A DNA stretch of 64,000 nt from Bacteroidales bacterium (GTDB lineage: Bacteria > Bacteroidota > Bacteroidia > Bacteroidales > VadinHA17). The stretch's first letter is position 1. Each line of letters opens with the position of its first letter. Made by a program: the position numbers and the translations under genes. Shown here one piece after another: positions 48,183-56,490 of the stretch. Where the stretch lies: contig JAIPBU010000012.1 of the NCBI GenBank assembly GCA_021738535.1, positions 7,095-71,094 on the forward strand. Reading direction: 5' to 3'. The notes under the pieces were generated by a model that worked only from the letters and a program-made list of their open reading frames with translations, was not told the origin of the DNA and searched no databases.

Positions 48183-48986
48183 CTATTTATAAGCAGTCAC
48201 AGTTACACTCAGCACACCTGCCTTCTTCTTTTTAAGATCCTCCAGTTCAGTACTGTTCAGGTATTTCAATAAAATACTATCAGGGATTTTTATTTCTTTG
48301 CGTTTTCTTGTTTTAATATTCTTAAATCCCTGTTGCTCTATTATTCCCATGTAATCAGTAAACCGGATTGCTCCTGACACGCATCCTGCATACATCTCGG
48401 CACTCTTTTTAACTGCATCGGGCAATAATCCTTCCAGAACTATATCTGAAACACAAAAGTGACCTCCGGGCCTGAGAATCCTGTACATCTCACTGAAGGC
48501 TTTCTGCTTGTCAGGTACCAGGTTCAATACGCAGTTACTTATTACAACATCAAACTGGTTGTCAGGCAGAGGCATGTTTTCAATGTCTCCATGTAAAAAC
48601 TCAATGTTGTTTAAGCCTGTTTTCACCCTGTTTATTTCAGCTTTTTTTACCATTGCTTCGGTAAAATCCAGTCCCGTAACAAATCCCTTATCCCTAACAA
48701 TTGTGGCAGCAATAAAGCAATCATTACCTGCCCCGGAACCAAGATCCAGCACCTTGTCTCCTTCCTTTAAGGCCGCAAATTCAAGGGGTATACCGCAACC
48801 AAGACCCAGGTCAGCGTCAGGGTTATAGCCTTTCTGTCCTGAATAATCTTCGCTGAATACAGTGTATTCTGTGCTTTCACAACAGCCTGACCCACCGCAG
48901 CATGAATTTTTATTTCCCGCTTTGTGTTCATCTGCAATTTCGCTGTATTTGTCTTTTACAATAAGTTTCAGTTCTTCAGCTTTCAT
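48183..48986 (-). CDS. arsM: Arsenite S-adenosylmethionine methyltransferase
   Basis: SAM motif I is VLDLGSGAGND. It has an N-terminal Cys cluster NSCCGGSGCCE, a later conserved Cys (YAGCVSGA), and an ars context. Confidence 0.8.
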   Translation of the reverse strand: MKAEELKLIVKDKYSEIADEHKAGNKNSCCGGSGCCESTEYTVFSEDYSGQKGYNPDADLGLGCGIPLEFAALKEGDKVLDLGSGAGNDCFIAATIVRDKGFVTGLDFTEAMVKKAEINRVKTGLNNIEFLHGDIENMPLPDNQFDVVISNCVLNLVPDKQKAFSEMYRILRPGGHFCVSDIVLEGLLPDAVKKSAEMYAGCVSGAIRFTDYMGIIEQQGFKNIKTRKRKEIKIPDSILLKYLNSTELEDLKKKKAGVLSVTVTAYK

Positions 48987-49408
48987 AACTTTGGTTTAAT
49001 TTCTTCATTGTACAGATTATAAAAAGCATCCCGGATTTCGTCACGTACCCTGTAATATTCACTCCAGATGAATTCAGGTGTGCCTGTCGCATAAGTAGGA
49101 TCGTCGAAACCAATGTGCAGGCGGTGTTTTACTTTTCCGAAAAAAGCGGGGCAATTGTCTTTGGCTCCTCCGCATACTGTTATAACATAATCCCATTCAC
49201 TGTCAAGGTACAAATCGACCGGGTCAGATGTATGGTGGCTGATATCGATACCAATTTCCTTCATCACCTCCACCGCCTTGGGGTTGAGCTTCCCCGAGGC
49301 TTCAGTGCCGGCAGAAGCCACTTCAAGCCTGTCGTCGAATGACTCCAGGAAGCCGTGAGCCATCTGGCTGCGACAACTGTTGCCTGTGCATAATATTAAG
49401 ATCTTCAT
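48983..49408 (-). CDS. arsC: Arsenate reductase, LMW-PTP/thioredoxin-coupled type
   Basis: P-loop CTGNSCRS, with downstream Cys residues in VITVCGGAKDNCP. ATG 49408 is preferred because 49414 is TTG. Confidence 0.9.
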   Translation of the reverse strand: MKILILCTGNSCRSQMAHGFLESFDDRLEVASAGTEASGKLNPKAVEVMKEIGIDISHHTSDPVDLYLDSEWDYVITVCGGAKDNCPAFFGKVKHRLHIGFDDPTYATGTPEFIWSEYYRVRDEIRDAFYNLYNEEIKPKL

Positions 49409-49420
49409 ATGCAAAAATAA

Positions 49421-50740
49421 TTAAAATAATCCTCCATAAATTAAACCTGATATTGTTGCCATTATAACTACAAGAACAAGGTAAACCAGGGTCTTTTTTG
49501 TACCAATAACACCCCGGATTACCAGAAGGTTTGGCAGTGATAGTGAGGGGCCGGCTAGTAATAAGGCCAGGGCAGGCCCCTTGCTCATACCTGATGCCAT
49601 AAGTCCTTGCAGTATGGGCACCTCAGTCAGTGTGGCAAAATACATGAATGCACCCACTATTGATGCAAAAAAATTTGCAAAAACTGAATTGTCCCCTACA
49701 AGATTAGCAATCCATTTTTCAGGAATTAGTCCAGCCATGGATGTTTCGCCATGAGTAGATCCCAGCAGGAAGCCCGCTATTAATACTCCTATGGCAAGGA
49801 GTGGTAAAATTTGTTTCAGAAAATCCCAGGATGAAAGTGTCCATTCCTTGTTCTCAGGATCCCGTTTATCAATAAGGTTAATAATGCTTAACCCGGCAAT
49901 TGCAACAAGCACCGGGATCATAGGAGATGAGCTGATAAAAGCTGATATAGCTGTAGCCAAAGCTGCAATCAACACATGCTGCCATTTAATTCTAAGAATA
50001 TATACCAGTGAAAAACCCAGTAATATTGCGAAAAATGATGTGATGTACCATTTATTGGCCCATATCCAGTACCATGCACCACTGCTTACATTTTCAGAGG
50101 GTTTGCCCCAGTTGGCAAATACAAGGATCAGAACAAGTGTAAAGAAATGAAATGCCGTTTGCCAGGCAGGCCTTTTTTCAGGGGTATCAGGAAAGTTAAG
50201 TTGCTCATCCCTCTTAGCCTTTTCTTCTTTCCTGTAAATTAATGACATGACCGAACCTATTACGATGGCAAAAATTACAGCTCCTGTAATTCTTGCAATA
50301 CCCATCTCAAAACCCAGTATGCGGGCAGTCAGGATGATTGCAAGTATATTAATGGCAGGACCGGAATACAGGAAAGCAATGGCCGGGCCCAGACCAGCAC
50401 CTCGCTTATGTATGCTTGAAAATAAGGGAAGAATGGTACAGCTGCATACGGCAAGTATTGTTCCTGACACTGATGCAACGGAATAGGCAAGCCATTTTTT
50501 TGCCTTTGCACCAAAATATTTCATTACTGCACCCTGGCTTACGAAAACGGCAATTACACCTGCAATGAAAAAAGCCGGCAGGAGACATAGGATTACATGC
50601 TCCCTGGCATACCACTTTGCAAGATCAAACATTGCAATTATGGCCTCCCTGAATCTTAAGGATTCAAGCGGCATAAAAAAAACAGACACAAAAACAGCAG
50701 CAATCCATAATAATATCTTAATCTCTCTTTTAAAATCCAT
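49421..50740 (-). CDS. Permease, UPF0718/ArsP-like
   Basis: About 10 TM segments, a vicinal Cys motif AVCSCTILP within a TM, and an ars context. Confidence 0.7.
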   Translation of the reverse strand: MDFKREIKILLWIAAVFVSVFFMPLESLRFREAIIAMFDLAKWYAREHVILCLLPAFFIAGVIAVFVSQGAVMKYFGAKAKKWLAYSVASVSGTILAVCSCTILPLFSSIHKRGAGLGPAIAFLYSGPAINILAIILTARILGFEMGIARITGAVIFAIVIGSVMSLIYRKEEKAKRDEQLNFPDTPEKRPAWQTAFHFFTLVLILVFANWGKPSENVSSGAWYWIWANKWYITSFFAILLGFSLVYILRIKWQHVLIAALATAISAFISSSPMIPVLVAIAGLSIINLIDKRDPENKEWTLSSWDFLKQILPLLAIGVLIAGFLLGSTHGETSMAGLIPEKWIANLVGDNSVFANFFASIVGAFMYFATLTEVPILQGLMASGMSKGPALALLLAGPSLSLPNLLVIRGVIGTKKTLVYLVLVVIMATISGLIYGGLF

Positions 50741-50798
50741 TTTTATATTAACATTTGAAGCTCAAACACTGAGGCATAACACCGTAACTATAAGTAAT

Positions 50799-51503
50799 TC
50801 AGAAATATATTATAATAATGTAATATACCCCGACACCCATAAAAACACCTGCTATTATCCGGCGAAACCATATTTCAAATACCTTAACACGCTTATAAAG
50901 TTTGCCTATCCCAGATACGGTAAAAGCTATCAGCCAGGCAAAAATAAGCACTGGTATTCCTGTTGCAATGGCAAAAACAGCAGGGAGTAACAATCCTGAG
51001 GGATTGCTTAGAGTGAGGGGGATTAACAAACCAAAATACAGAACCCCGCTGTAAGGACAAAAGGCAAGGGCAAAAACAACCCCAAGGAGCATGGCATCCA
51101 GGTATGTATTCCCTCGTTTTTCTGTAAACTTTTTTCCAGGTGTAAGAAGGCGACCCGAAGACTTGATTTTCAATACACCCAGCATTATTAAGCCAATAAG
51201 TACCAGTAATGGCCCGATAATCTTTTCACCATATCGTTGAAAAATACCGGAAATTTTAAACTGATCAGCGCCAATAACAATAATAACGGCTATCAGTGTA
51301 TAGGATATAAGCCGGCCAAATGTGTAAAACAGGCCATTATAAAATACTCTTCTCCTGTTTTCAATATCTTTACCTATATATCCTACTGCAGTAATGTTTG
51401 TTGCCAGAGGGCAGGGACTGATGGCTGTCATAAGTCCGAGGAATGCTGCAGTCAGTATAGGTGTTGTACTGTTACTTATTAGTGTATTCAGGAATTCGCT
51501 CAT
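50799..51503 (-). CDS. CcdA/DsbD-like membrane protein (ArsG-like)
   Basis: Six TM segments with TM-embedded Cys motifs: AISPCPLATN and LAFCPYSG. Confidence 0.65.
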   Translation of the reverse strand: MSEFLNTLISNSTTPILTAAFLGLMTAISPCPLATNITAVGYIGKDIENRRRVFYNGLFYTFGRLISYTLIAVIIVIGADQFKISGIFQRYGEKIIGPLLVLIGLIMLGVLKIKSSGRLLTPGKKFTEKRGNTYLDAMLLGVVFALAFCPYSGVLYFGLLIPLTLSNPSGLLLPAVFAIATGIPVLIFAWLIAFTVSGIGKLYKRVKVFEIWFRRIIAGVFMGVGVYYIIIIYF

Positions 51504-51515
51504 TAATACGCCTTC

Positions 51516-51935
51516 TTACAAAGCCAAAGGATTAATAGTTTCCTCCAGTTTCTTCTTCAGTTCTTCAGGTTTATTTACTGCATTCATAAAGGCGTCAGTT
51601 GTAAGGTCTGTCTTATTGTTTCCTTTAATTACCAGTAATGCCTGACCTGAAACGCCCAGTCTTTCTGCAATCTCCTTTCCTTCTTCATCATCAAGGTTAA
51701 CCGCATTGAATTTGACCTTGTCACTATAAAGCTCTGAAATAGCTTCTTTTGAGACTCTTTCAACAGCTTTGCAGGTAGCACACCTTCTTTCAAAATGAAA
51801 ATAATATACTGAAACTTCATTTTGTTCTACAGCCAGATCTTCTTTCTGATCACTTTGATCATTTGTTTCAGTCGCGCATGATATGCTTATGCATATGAGC
51901 GGTAAGACGAAAAAAAATAACTTAAGGTTCTTCAT
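51516..51935 (-). CDS. Thioredoxin-fold lipoprotein with CxxC (ArsF-like)
   Basis: Lipobox ISISC and redox motif CATC. Lies between the CcdA-like gene and the small thioredoxin gene. Confidence 0.5.
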   Translation of the reverse strand: MKNLKLFFFVLPLICISISCATETNDQSDQKEDLAVEQNEVSVYYFHFERRCATCKAVERVSKEAISELYSDKVKFNAVNLDDEEGKEIAERLGVSGQALLVIKGNNKTDLTTDAFMNAVNKPEELKKKLEETINPLAL

Positions 51936-51938
51936 GGT

Positions 51939-52178
51939 TTAAACTTTATTTTTTAATAGTTCAGCTAATTCTCTTCTTCCCGGTAATCGCCCGGATAAGA
52001 CCACTTTGCCATCAATAACAAGACCGGGTGTATGCAATATCCCGTATTCCATTATTTTCGTGATATCCTCTTCTTTCGTGACGGCAGCATCAACACCTTC
52101 TTCCTTTACAATATCAATAACCAATTTCTCCAATCGCTGGCATTTTGGGCAACCGGTACCCAGTACTTTAATTTCCAT
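51939..52178 (-). CDS. Small thioredoxin-family protein (redox-active disulfide protein 2 type)
   Basis: MEIKVLGTGCPKCQ N-terminus; 79 aa. Confidence 0.8.
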   Translation of the reverse strand: MEIKVLGTGCPKCQRLEKLVIDIVKEEGVDAAVTKEEDITKIMEYGILHTPGLVIDGKVVLSGRLPGRRELAELLKNKV

Positions 52179-52197
52179 AATCTAATTATTTAGTTGT

Positions 52198-52220
52198 TTC
52201 GTTATTCGCAAAATAACGAA
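52198..52220. promoter_or_regulatory. 9-bp inverted repeat TTCGTTATT-N5-AATAACGAA between arsR and the downstream ars genes
   Basis: Read directly. Related ATTCGT(T/A)A half-sites occur at 52242-52249 and 52543-52550 (upstream of arsR). Confidence 0.4.
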
Positions 52221-52239
52221 CATAATGTGTAAAAAAAAG

Positions 52240-52539
52240 CTATTCGTTAAAAAATTCCTTAATCAATTCTTTTGCCTCTTTCCAGTTCTCTGTATTTATA
52301 CAATATTTAATTCTTGGGGCCTCAATCTCTCCCTGGATAAGGCCTGCATCTTTTAATTCTTTAAGGTGCTGCGAGAGGGTAGATTTAGCAATTGGAAGGA
52401 CCTCGCTAAGGTCGCCACTGTAACAACAACTTTGTCTGGACAGTAATTCCAGTACATACATCCGGATAGGATGCCCCATTGCCTTTGCATACCTTGCTGT
52501 CTTTACCTGTTTATCTGATATATGCTCCCCGTAATCCAA
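52240..52539 (-). CDS. arsR: ArsR/SmtB-family metalloregulator
   Basis: The winged HTH is AKAMGHPIRMYVLELL..CCYSGDL..AKSTLSQHLKELKDAGL, and the CC pair sits in the metal-site position. TTG start. Confidence 0.9.
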   Translation of the reverse strand: MDYGEHISDKQVKTARYAKAMGHPIRMYVLELLSRQSCCYSGDLSEVLPIAKSTLSQHLKELKDAGLIQGEIEAPRIKYCINTENWKEAKELIKEFFNE

Positions 52540-52662
52540 TCTATTCGTAATTTACCGAACAAATATAAGAATATATTTTTACATTTTCTCCCTTGCCGTA
52601 ATGGATTTTGAACCATTGCTGTTTGAGTTTTGTATATTTACCTGTCTTAATATTATTAAAAC

Positions 52663-53229
52663 ATGGATAAGAAAATAATACCTGACCTCGGTGAATTGGT
52701 TGAAAAATATACAGAAGCGCTGTATGCGTGGGCGGCTCATAAAGTCTCTGATCCTGAAACTGCCCGTGACCTGGTTCAGGATACCTTCCTGGCTGCCGCC
52801 GAAAAACTTGATTCATTCAAAGCTGAAAGTTCACCCAAGACATGGCTTTTTTCGATACTTAATTATAAGATCATAGATATTTACAGAAAAAAGGTACATA
52901 CACGAGTCAACACTGATGATGAAACATATTCACGTTTTTTTGATACCTATGGCAAATGGCAAACAGGTCATCTTCCGGGTCAGTGGGATGATGAAGGGCC
53001 TGACAATAATCTGCTGGACGATGAAGCATTTCAGAAAGTGCTTCAGGAATGCCTTGATGCCTTACCGGATAACTGGAACTCCTGTATAAAATTGAAATAT
53101 CTTACAGGTAAAAAAGGCAGGGAAATCTGTCAGGAATTAGATATAACACCCACTAATTACTGGCAGATATTGCACAGGGCAAAGCTGGAATTGCGCGAAT
53201 GTATTGATTCCAACTGGTTTAATAACTAG
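52663..53229 (+). CDS. RNA polymerase sigma-70 factor, ECF subfamily
   Basis: Region 2 is ARDLVQDTFLAA..KTWLFSILNYKIIDIYRKK. The region 4 HTH is GREICQELDITPTNYWQILHRAKLELRE. Confidence 0.85.
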   Translation: MDKKIIPDLGELVEKYTEALYAWAAHKVSDPETARDLVQDTFLAAAEKLDSFKAESSPKTWLFSILNYKIIDIYRKKVHTRVNTDDETYSRFFDTYGKWQTGHLPGQWDDEGPDNNLLDDEAFQKVLQECLDALPDNWNSCIKLKYLTGKKGREICQELDITPTNYWQILHRAKLELRECIDSNWFNN

Positions 53230-53234
53230 ATTCT

Positions 53235-53540
53235 ATGAAGAAATTACTTAATATATTGTTTTTATCCTGTTTCAAAGCCACTGAGCTGATTGAAAAGAAA
53301 TTGAATTTTAAACTCTCAATTAAGGAAAGGATTCAGCTTAAACTTCATAAGTCAATGTGTGATGCATGTGCTGTTTATGAAAAGCAGAGTGAATTTCTGG
53401 ACAGGTGGATTGAAGCAACTGAAAAGAAAGATCACCATCCGGAAGAGGCAGGGGATCTGCAGGAGTTAAAGAAAATAATTATCAATCGGCTGACAGAGGA
53501 AGACCATAGACATGATGACTCAAAAGATCACATAACCTGA
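53235..53540 (+). CDS. Zinc-binding (ZAS, HxxxCxxC) anti-sigma factor, soluble RsrA-like
   Basis: It starts 6 nt after the sigma gene. It has H38-x3-C42-x2-C45 plus C12. The rest is hydrophilic with no TM segment. Confidence 0.6.
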   Translation: MKKLLNILFLSCFKATELIEKKLNFKLSIKERIQLKLHKSMCDACAVYEKQSEFLDRWIEATEKKDHHPEEAGDLQELKKIIINRLTEEDHRHDDSKDHIT

Positions 53541-53552
53541 AAATACTGTTTT

Positions 53553-55049
53553 ATGTACCTGAGAAACAGGATATTTTTATTTTTAAAGCTTGCAACAAAA
53601 CCTGATATAGCAATCAGGGCACTTAGAGTGGCAATAATTGTAGGAATAGTCCTCAATTTGATCAATAATACTGAACTTTTTACAAACCTGAGAACTGTCG
53701 TGCTGGATCCGGTAAGAATCCTTCTCACTTTTGCAGTGCCTTACCTTGTATCTACATATTCATCTGTAATATCCTCAGGAAGTGTGAAACCGGGCAATGT
53801 GTCCCGTATTGATTCAATTTTAAAATGCAGGAGTTGCAATACAACTGACTTTCACATCAATGTTGGCCAGCAGGTCGATGAATGTCCCACATGCGGACCA
53901 AAAACAAAATGGGGTATTAAAAAGATTTTTTCTGTTCCGCGTGATAATAGCGATCTGTTAAAAAGCCTTGCCTTGTTTGCCAGGCATAATCCGCAACCAT
54001 TGCTACGCACTGATGAAAAAGGAGTTATTAAGGGTGCAAACCCCGCTACTGTTGAACTTCTGGGTGAACAGGAAATCACCGGTATTAATCTTTATGACCT
54101 CTTACCCCAGATTCACCCTTTTTGCCTTAAAAGCATGGCTGATACAGGAGACACCAAAGAATTAATCATAGAACATAACAGCAGGCATTACAATCTGTTG
54201 TTTAAAGGAGTGCCCGAGCTGAAAAATATACATATCTACAGTTCAGATATTACCGGTATTGTACTGGCTGAAAAGAAAATAAGCGCACAGGCAAAATCCA
54301 TAAGCGACAGCATCGAATATGCATCGCTTATCCAGAAAGGCATGCTTCCCTCGGAAAAGTCCATTGAGTCTTACTTTCCTGATAGTGCAATACTTTACCT
54401 TCCAAAGGATGTTGTAAGTGGTGACTTTTACTGGGTAAACAGTATTAATGGCCGGCGGATATTTATAGTATCTGATTGCACGGGACATGGTGTGCCGGGA
54501 GCTTTTATGAGTATGATGGGTATATCCCTGCTTGATGAGATAATAATGCGTGAAGGTGTTTCAGATCCTGCAGAGATACTCAACAGTTTGAGAAACCGGC
54601 TTATATCCGCACTTACAAGGGGGAAAACGGAAAACGGATTACTCGATGGAATGGATATATCTGTTGTTGCTGCTGATGACAGAACAAACACTCTTTACTA
54701 TGCAGGGGCATATAATGATATTTATATACAACGTGAATCTGAACTGCATATACTAAAATCTGACAGAATGCCTGTTGGCAAACATATAAATGATACAGAC
54801 CTTTTTACCCTGGGAACCTTCGAATATATGAAAAGCGACCGCCTCTATATGTTTACAGACGGTTACCGAGACCAGATGGGAGGTGAGAGAGATAAAAAAT
54901 TCTCATCACGCAGATTCCGCGAAGTATTGTCAGAAACAGCCACCGAAACAGTGAAGGAACAGGTACACCGGCTTAAGCAACACTTTTTGGAATGGAAAGG
55001 CGATAATGAACAGATTGATGATGTGCTTGTTGCCGCAATAAAGCTCTGA
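53553..55049 (+). CDS. Membrane-anchored PAS-PP2C (SpoIIE) phosphatase with a zinc-ribbon
   Basis: The N-terminal 2-TM module has RALRVAIIVGIVLNLINN. The Zn ribbon is CRSCN..CPTCGP, followed by a PAS-like segment. PP2C motifs are VSGDFYW, SDCTGHGVPGAFMSM, FTDGYRDQMGG and DDVLVAAIKL. Confidence 0.8.
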   Translation: MYLRNRIFLFLKLATKPDIAIRALRVAIIVGIVLNLINNTELFTNLRTVVLDPVRILLTFAVPYLVSTYSSVISSGSVKPGNVSRIDSILKCRSCNTTDFHINVGQQVDECPTCGPKTKWGIKKIFSVPRDNSDLLKSLALFARHNPQPLLRTDEKGVIKGANPATVELLGEQEITGINLYDLLPQIHPFCLKSMADTGDTKELIIEHNSRHYNLLFKGVPELKNIHIYSSDITGIVLAEKKISAQAKSISDSIEYASLIQKGMLPSEKSIESYFPDSAILYLPKDVVSGDFYWVNSINGRRIFIVSDCTGHGVPGAFMSMMGISLLDEIIMREGVSDPAEILNSLRNRLISALTRGKTENGLLDGMDISVVAADDRTNTLYYAGAYNDIYIQRESELHILKSDRMPVGKHINDTDLFTLGTFEYMKSDRLYMFTDGYRDQMGGERDKKFSSRRFREVLSETATETVKEQVHRLKQHFLEWKGDNEQIDDVLVAAIKL

Positions 55050-55097
55050 TTATTGTAATTCTTACCCCACCGAAAAGATTATTATAATTTTTTGATG

Positions 55098-55126
55098 CTG
55101 TCAGGTTTTTTGTTTCAGGCCGACTA
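55098..55126 (+). promoter_or_regulatory. ECF-type promoter candidate CTGTCAGG-N15-CGACTA (copy A)
   Basis: It ends 15 nt upstream of ATG 55142. It shares both blocks with the copies at 55890 and 56491. Confidence 0.45.
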
Positions 55127-55141
55127 ATGAAATAAAAAATC

Positions 55142-55879
55142 ATGCAAACAGTAATAATTATGTTTTCTTATCTATTATCATTAGTCACAACAAATGGCCC
55201 GGGAACAAAATATTCAAATGTTAACTCTTCTGAATTCCGGGAGCTTGTCAGTAATGATAAATCCGCTACGCTATTGGATGTCAGAACCGAACAGGAATAC
55301 GTCAATGGACATATAGCCAGTGCAGGTCAGCTTAACTTTTATTCCCTGGACTTCAGGAAAAAACTACTCCTTTTACCAAAGGACGAACCGGTTTACCTCT
55401 ATTGCAATACAGGATACAGAAGCAAAATAGCTGCCAGGTTTCTTGCCAGGAAAGGTTACAGCAAAATATATAATCTGGAAAATGGTATAATGGACTGGGA
55501 ACTTAATGATTTGCCCATAATAACGGAACCAGGTGCAACACCTGATACAAATGATAAAATGGAACCTGACGAGTTTAATGCACTGATCACAGGCGACCAA
55601 CCTGTAATGATAGATTTTTATGCTCCATGGTGTGCACCATGCAGGAGTATGATGCCTGTGATCGACAGGCTGAAGAAAGAGTACAGAGGGAGAGTCAGGA
55701 TAGTGAAAATAAATGTTGATGCAAGCAAAAGGCTGGTTAAGAAACTGAAAATTGGCGGAGTCCCTTATTTTGCTCTATACAAAAAAGGTGAAATACAATA
55801 TAAACATTATGGAGTGGTTGATGAACCGGCCCTAAAAAAAATACTTGAAGCACATTCACCGTCAATTTCTGAAAAATAA
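55142..55879 (+). CDS. Rhodanese-thioredoxin fusion protein
   Basis: Rhodanese active-site loop YCNTGYRS, and a thioredoxin WCAPC with GVPYF. Confidence 0.85.
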   Translation: MQTVIIMFSYLLSLVTTNGPGTKYSNVNSSEFRELVSNDKSATLLDVRTEQEYVNGHIASAGQLNFYSLDFRKKLLLLPKDEPVYLYCNTGYRSKIAARFLARKGYSKIYNLENGIMDWELNDLPIITEPGATPDTNDKMEPDEFNALITGDQPVMIDFYAPWCAPCRSMMPVIDRLKKEYRGRVRIVKINVDASKRLVKKLKIGGVPYFALYKKGEIQYKHYGVVDEPALKKILEAHSPSISEK

Positions 55880-55889
55880 ACAGCGTGAA

Positions 55890-55917
55890 CTGTCAGGATT
55901 TTAATGATGTCCGACTG
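55890..55917 (+). promoter_or_regulatory. ECF-type promoter candidate CTGTCAGG-N14-CGACTG (copy C)
   Basis: It ends 45 nt upstream of ATG 55963. It lies inside the GTG-extended track ORF, which argues for the shorter gene. Confidence 0.45.
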
Positions 55918-55962
55918 ATAGTATATAAAAATAGTAAGTTTTTAAATTTAAAAATTAACATT

Positions 55963-56367
55963 ATGAAAAGAATGAGATCTCTTTTAACAGTAGTTACAGT
56001 GCTGATACTTGGCATCAGTACACTAACGGCACAGGACAATGCAAAAGTAATTGCCGTAATGAATAAAGCAGATTGGTGCCCGGCATGCGAAAAGCACGGA
56101 GAAAGGGCGATGACTGCTCTTATGAAGGCAAACACAGATGAAGCTGTGCGTATTGTTGCTAATGATGTAACGGATGATGAAACAAAAAAAAATTCATCCC
56201 TGAAACTAACAAAGGCAGGGCTTGATGCAGAAAAAATATCCGCTATGAAGTCTACAGGTGTTATATATTTTTTTGATGCCGGGACAAAAGAAAGGATAAG
56301 CAGCATAAGCATGAGCAAAGATGACGCGGACCTGGTTGCTGCAATGAAAAAAGCAGTTAATAAGTAA
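55963..56367 (+). CDS. Secreted thioredoxin-like protein (WCPAC)
   Basis: Signal peptide MKRMRSLLTVVTVLILGISTLTAQ and the redox motif WCPAC. Confidence 0.6.
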   Translation: MKRMRSLLTVVTVLILGISTLTAQDNAKVIAVMNKADWCPACEKHGERAMTALMKANTDEAVRIVANDVTDDETKKNSSLKLTKAGLDAEKISAMKSTGVIYFFDAGTKERISSISMSKDDADLVAAMKKAVNK

Positions 56368-56387
56368 TTTTTTATTACACCAATTTT

Positions 56388-56421
56388 AAAGGCGAGTCCT
56401 CTGGTGGTTCGCCTTTTTTTT
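56388..56421 (+). terminator. Intrinsic terminator
   Basis: AAAGGCGA-N13-TCGCCTTT followed by a T-run. Confidence 0.7.
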
Positions 56422-56490
56422 ATTCGTAATCAGAGCCTGTGTATTTGTAAACATTAGTGGTACAGGTTATAAGTAATTTCGTTGAATATT

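Noticed and set aside
52619-52649. Autoregulatory copy of the CTGTCAGG/CGACT motif upstream of the ECF sigma gene (CTGTTTGAG-N14-CTGTCTTA)
   Set aside because: It shares only CTGT, a T-rich spacer and a vaguely similar -10 region. That is too weak to count as a fourth copy, though it is worth testing experimentally.
52541-52816. 91-aa minus-strand ORF spanning the arsR/sigma intergenic region and the 5' end of the sigma gene
   Set aside because: It overlaps a well-supported ECF sigma gene in antisense and crosses the divergent promoter region. It has no recognisable features.
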